A stretch of 32,000 bases of DNA from Mycobacterium leprae TN. GTDB lineage: Bacteria > Actinomycetota > Actinomycetes > Mycobacteriales > Mycobacteriaceae. Below, piece by piece: positions 31,913 to 32,000 of this stretch. The notes under the pieces were generated by a model. The model had not been told where the DNA came from and did no database searches. It was given only the letters and a program-made list of their open reading frames with translations. The stretch lies in the NCBI RefSeq assembly GCF_000195855.1, contig NC_002677.1, positions 60,001 to 92,000 on the forward strand, in the 5' to 3' direction. Numbering within the stretch: position 1 is the first letter of the stretch; each line of letters starts with the position of its first letter. The position numbers were made by a program, and so were the translations under genes.

Positions 31913-32000
31913 TTATGCGGCAAGCAACATTGCCAGAATTGCGGTATCGGGATGGCTGATTGGATCGACACCGACGCGGCTCACCATAGAGGTGATGGTG
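31913..32000 (-). CDS. C-terminal fragment of a coding region continuing beyond the right window edge (identity not established)
   Basis: Reverse-strand frame ending TAA at 31913 reads ..TITSMVSRVGVDPISHPDTAILAMLLAA*, coding-like; open to the edge. Confidence 0.45.
   Translation of the reverse strand, partial: TITSMVSRVGVDPISHPDTAILAMLLAA

Noticed and set aside
1-32000. A previously undescribed defence, mobile or biosynthetic system
   Set aside because: Every region with good coding signal maps to known mycobacterial ESX-1, glutamate synthase, ethA/ethR, rraA, hns-like, Rv3850-like or espR genes. The remaining DNA looks like pseudogene and repeat debris typical of M. leprae reductive evolution.

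Overview
The window reads as Mycobacterium leprae chromosome, ESX-1 (type VII secretion) locus and flanks, in inverted orientation relative to the usual M. tuberculosis map. Minus-strand ESX-1 genes run from the right towards the left edge: espE remnant, espG1 remnant, espH, eccA1, eccB1, eccCa1, eccCb1, a shortened PPE68-like gene, esxB, esxA and espI (cut by the left edge). The supplied ORF track does not list espI because it has no stop inside the window. A gene-poor, decayed region (about 11.1-17.7 kb) follows and contains a RLEP dispersed repeat, recognised from its diagnostic PCR primer sites. Then come gltB-gltD (+), another decayed stretch with a PHP-domain/PolX-like pseudogene, divergent ethR(-)/ethA(+), rraA(-), an Hns-like membrane protein(-), an Rv3850-like gene(-), espR(-), and a final unannotated stretch with a C-terminal CDS fragment at the right edge. 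I found no evidence for a wholly new biological system. The most informative signals are: (1) apparent co-erosion of the PE35 / PPE68 N-terminal domain / EspG1 module while the ESX-1 core stays open; (2) an espE pseudogene that hosts the 21-bp tandem repeat; (3) a 52-bp exact tandem duplication inside decayed espG1; (4) a 50-bp perfect palindrome next to the RLEP element. All gene identifications come from remembered family sequence similarity, not database searches.
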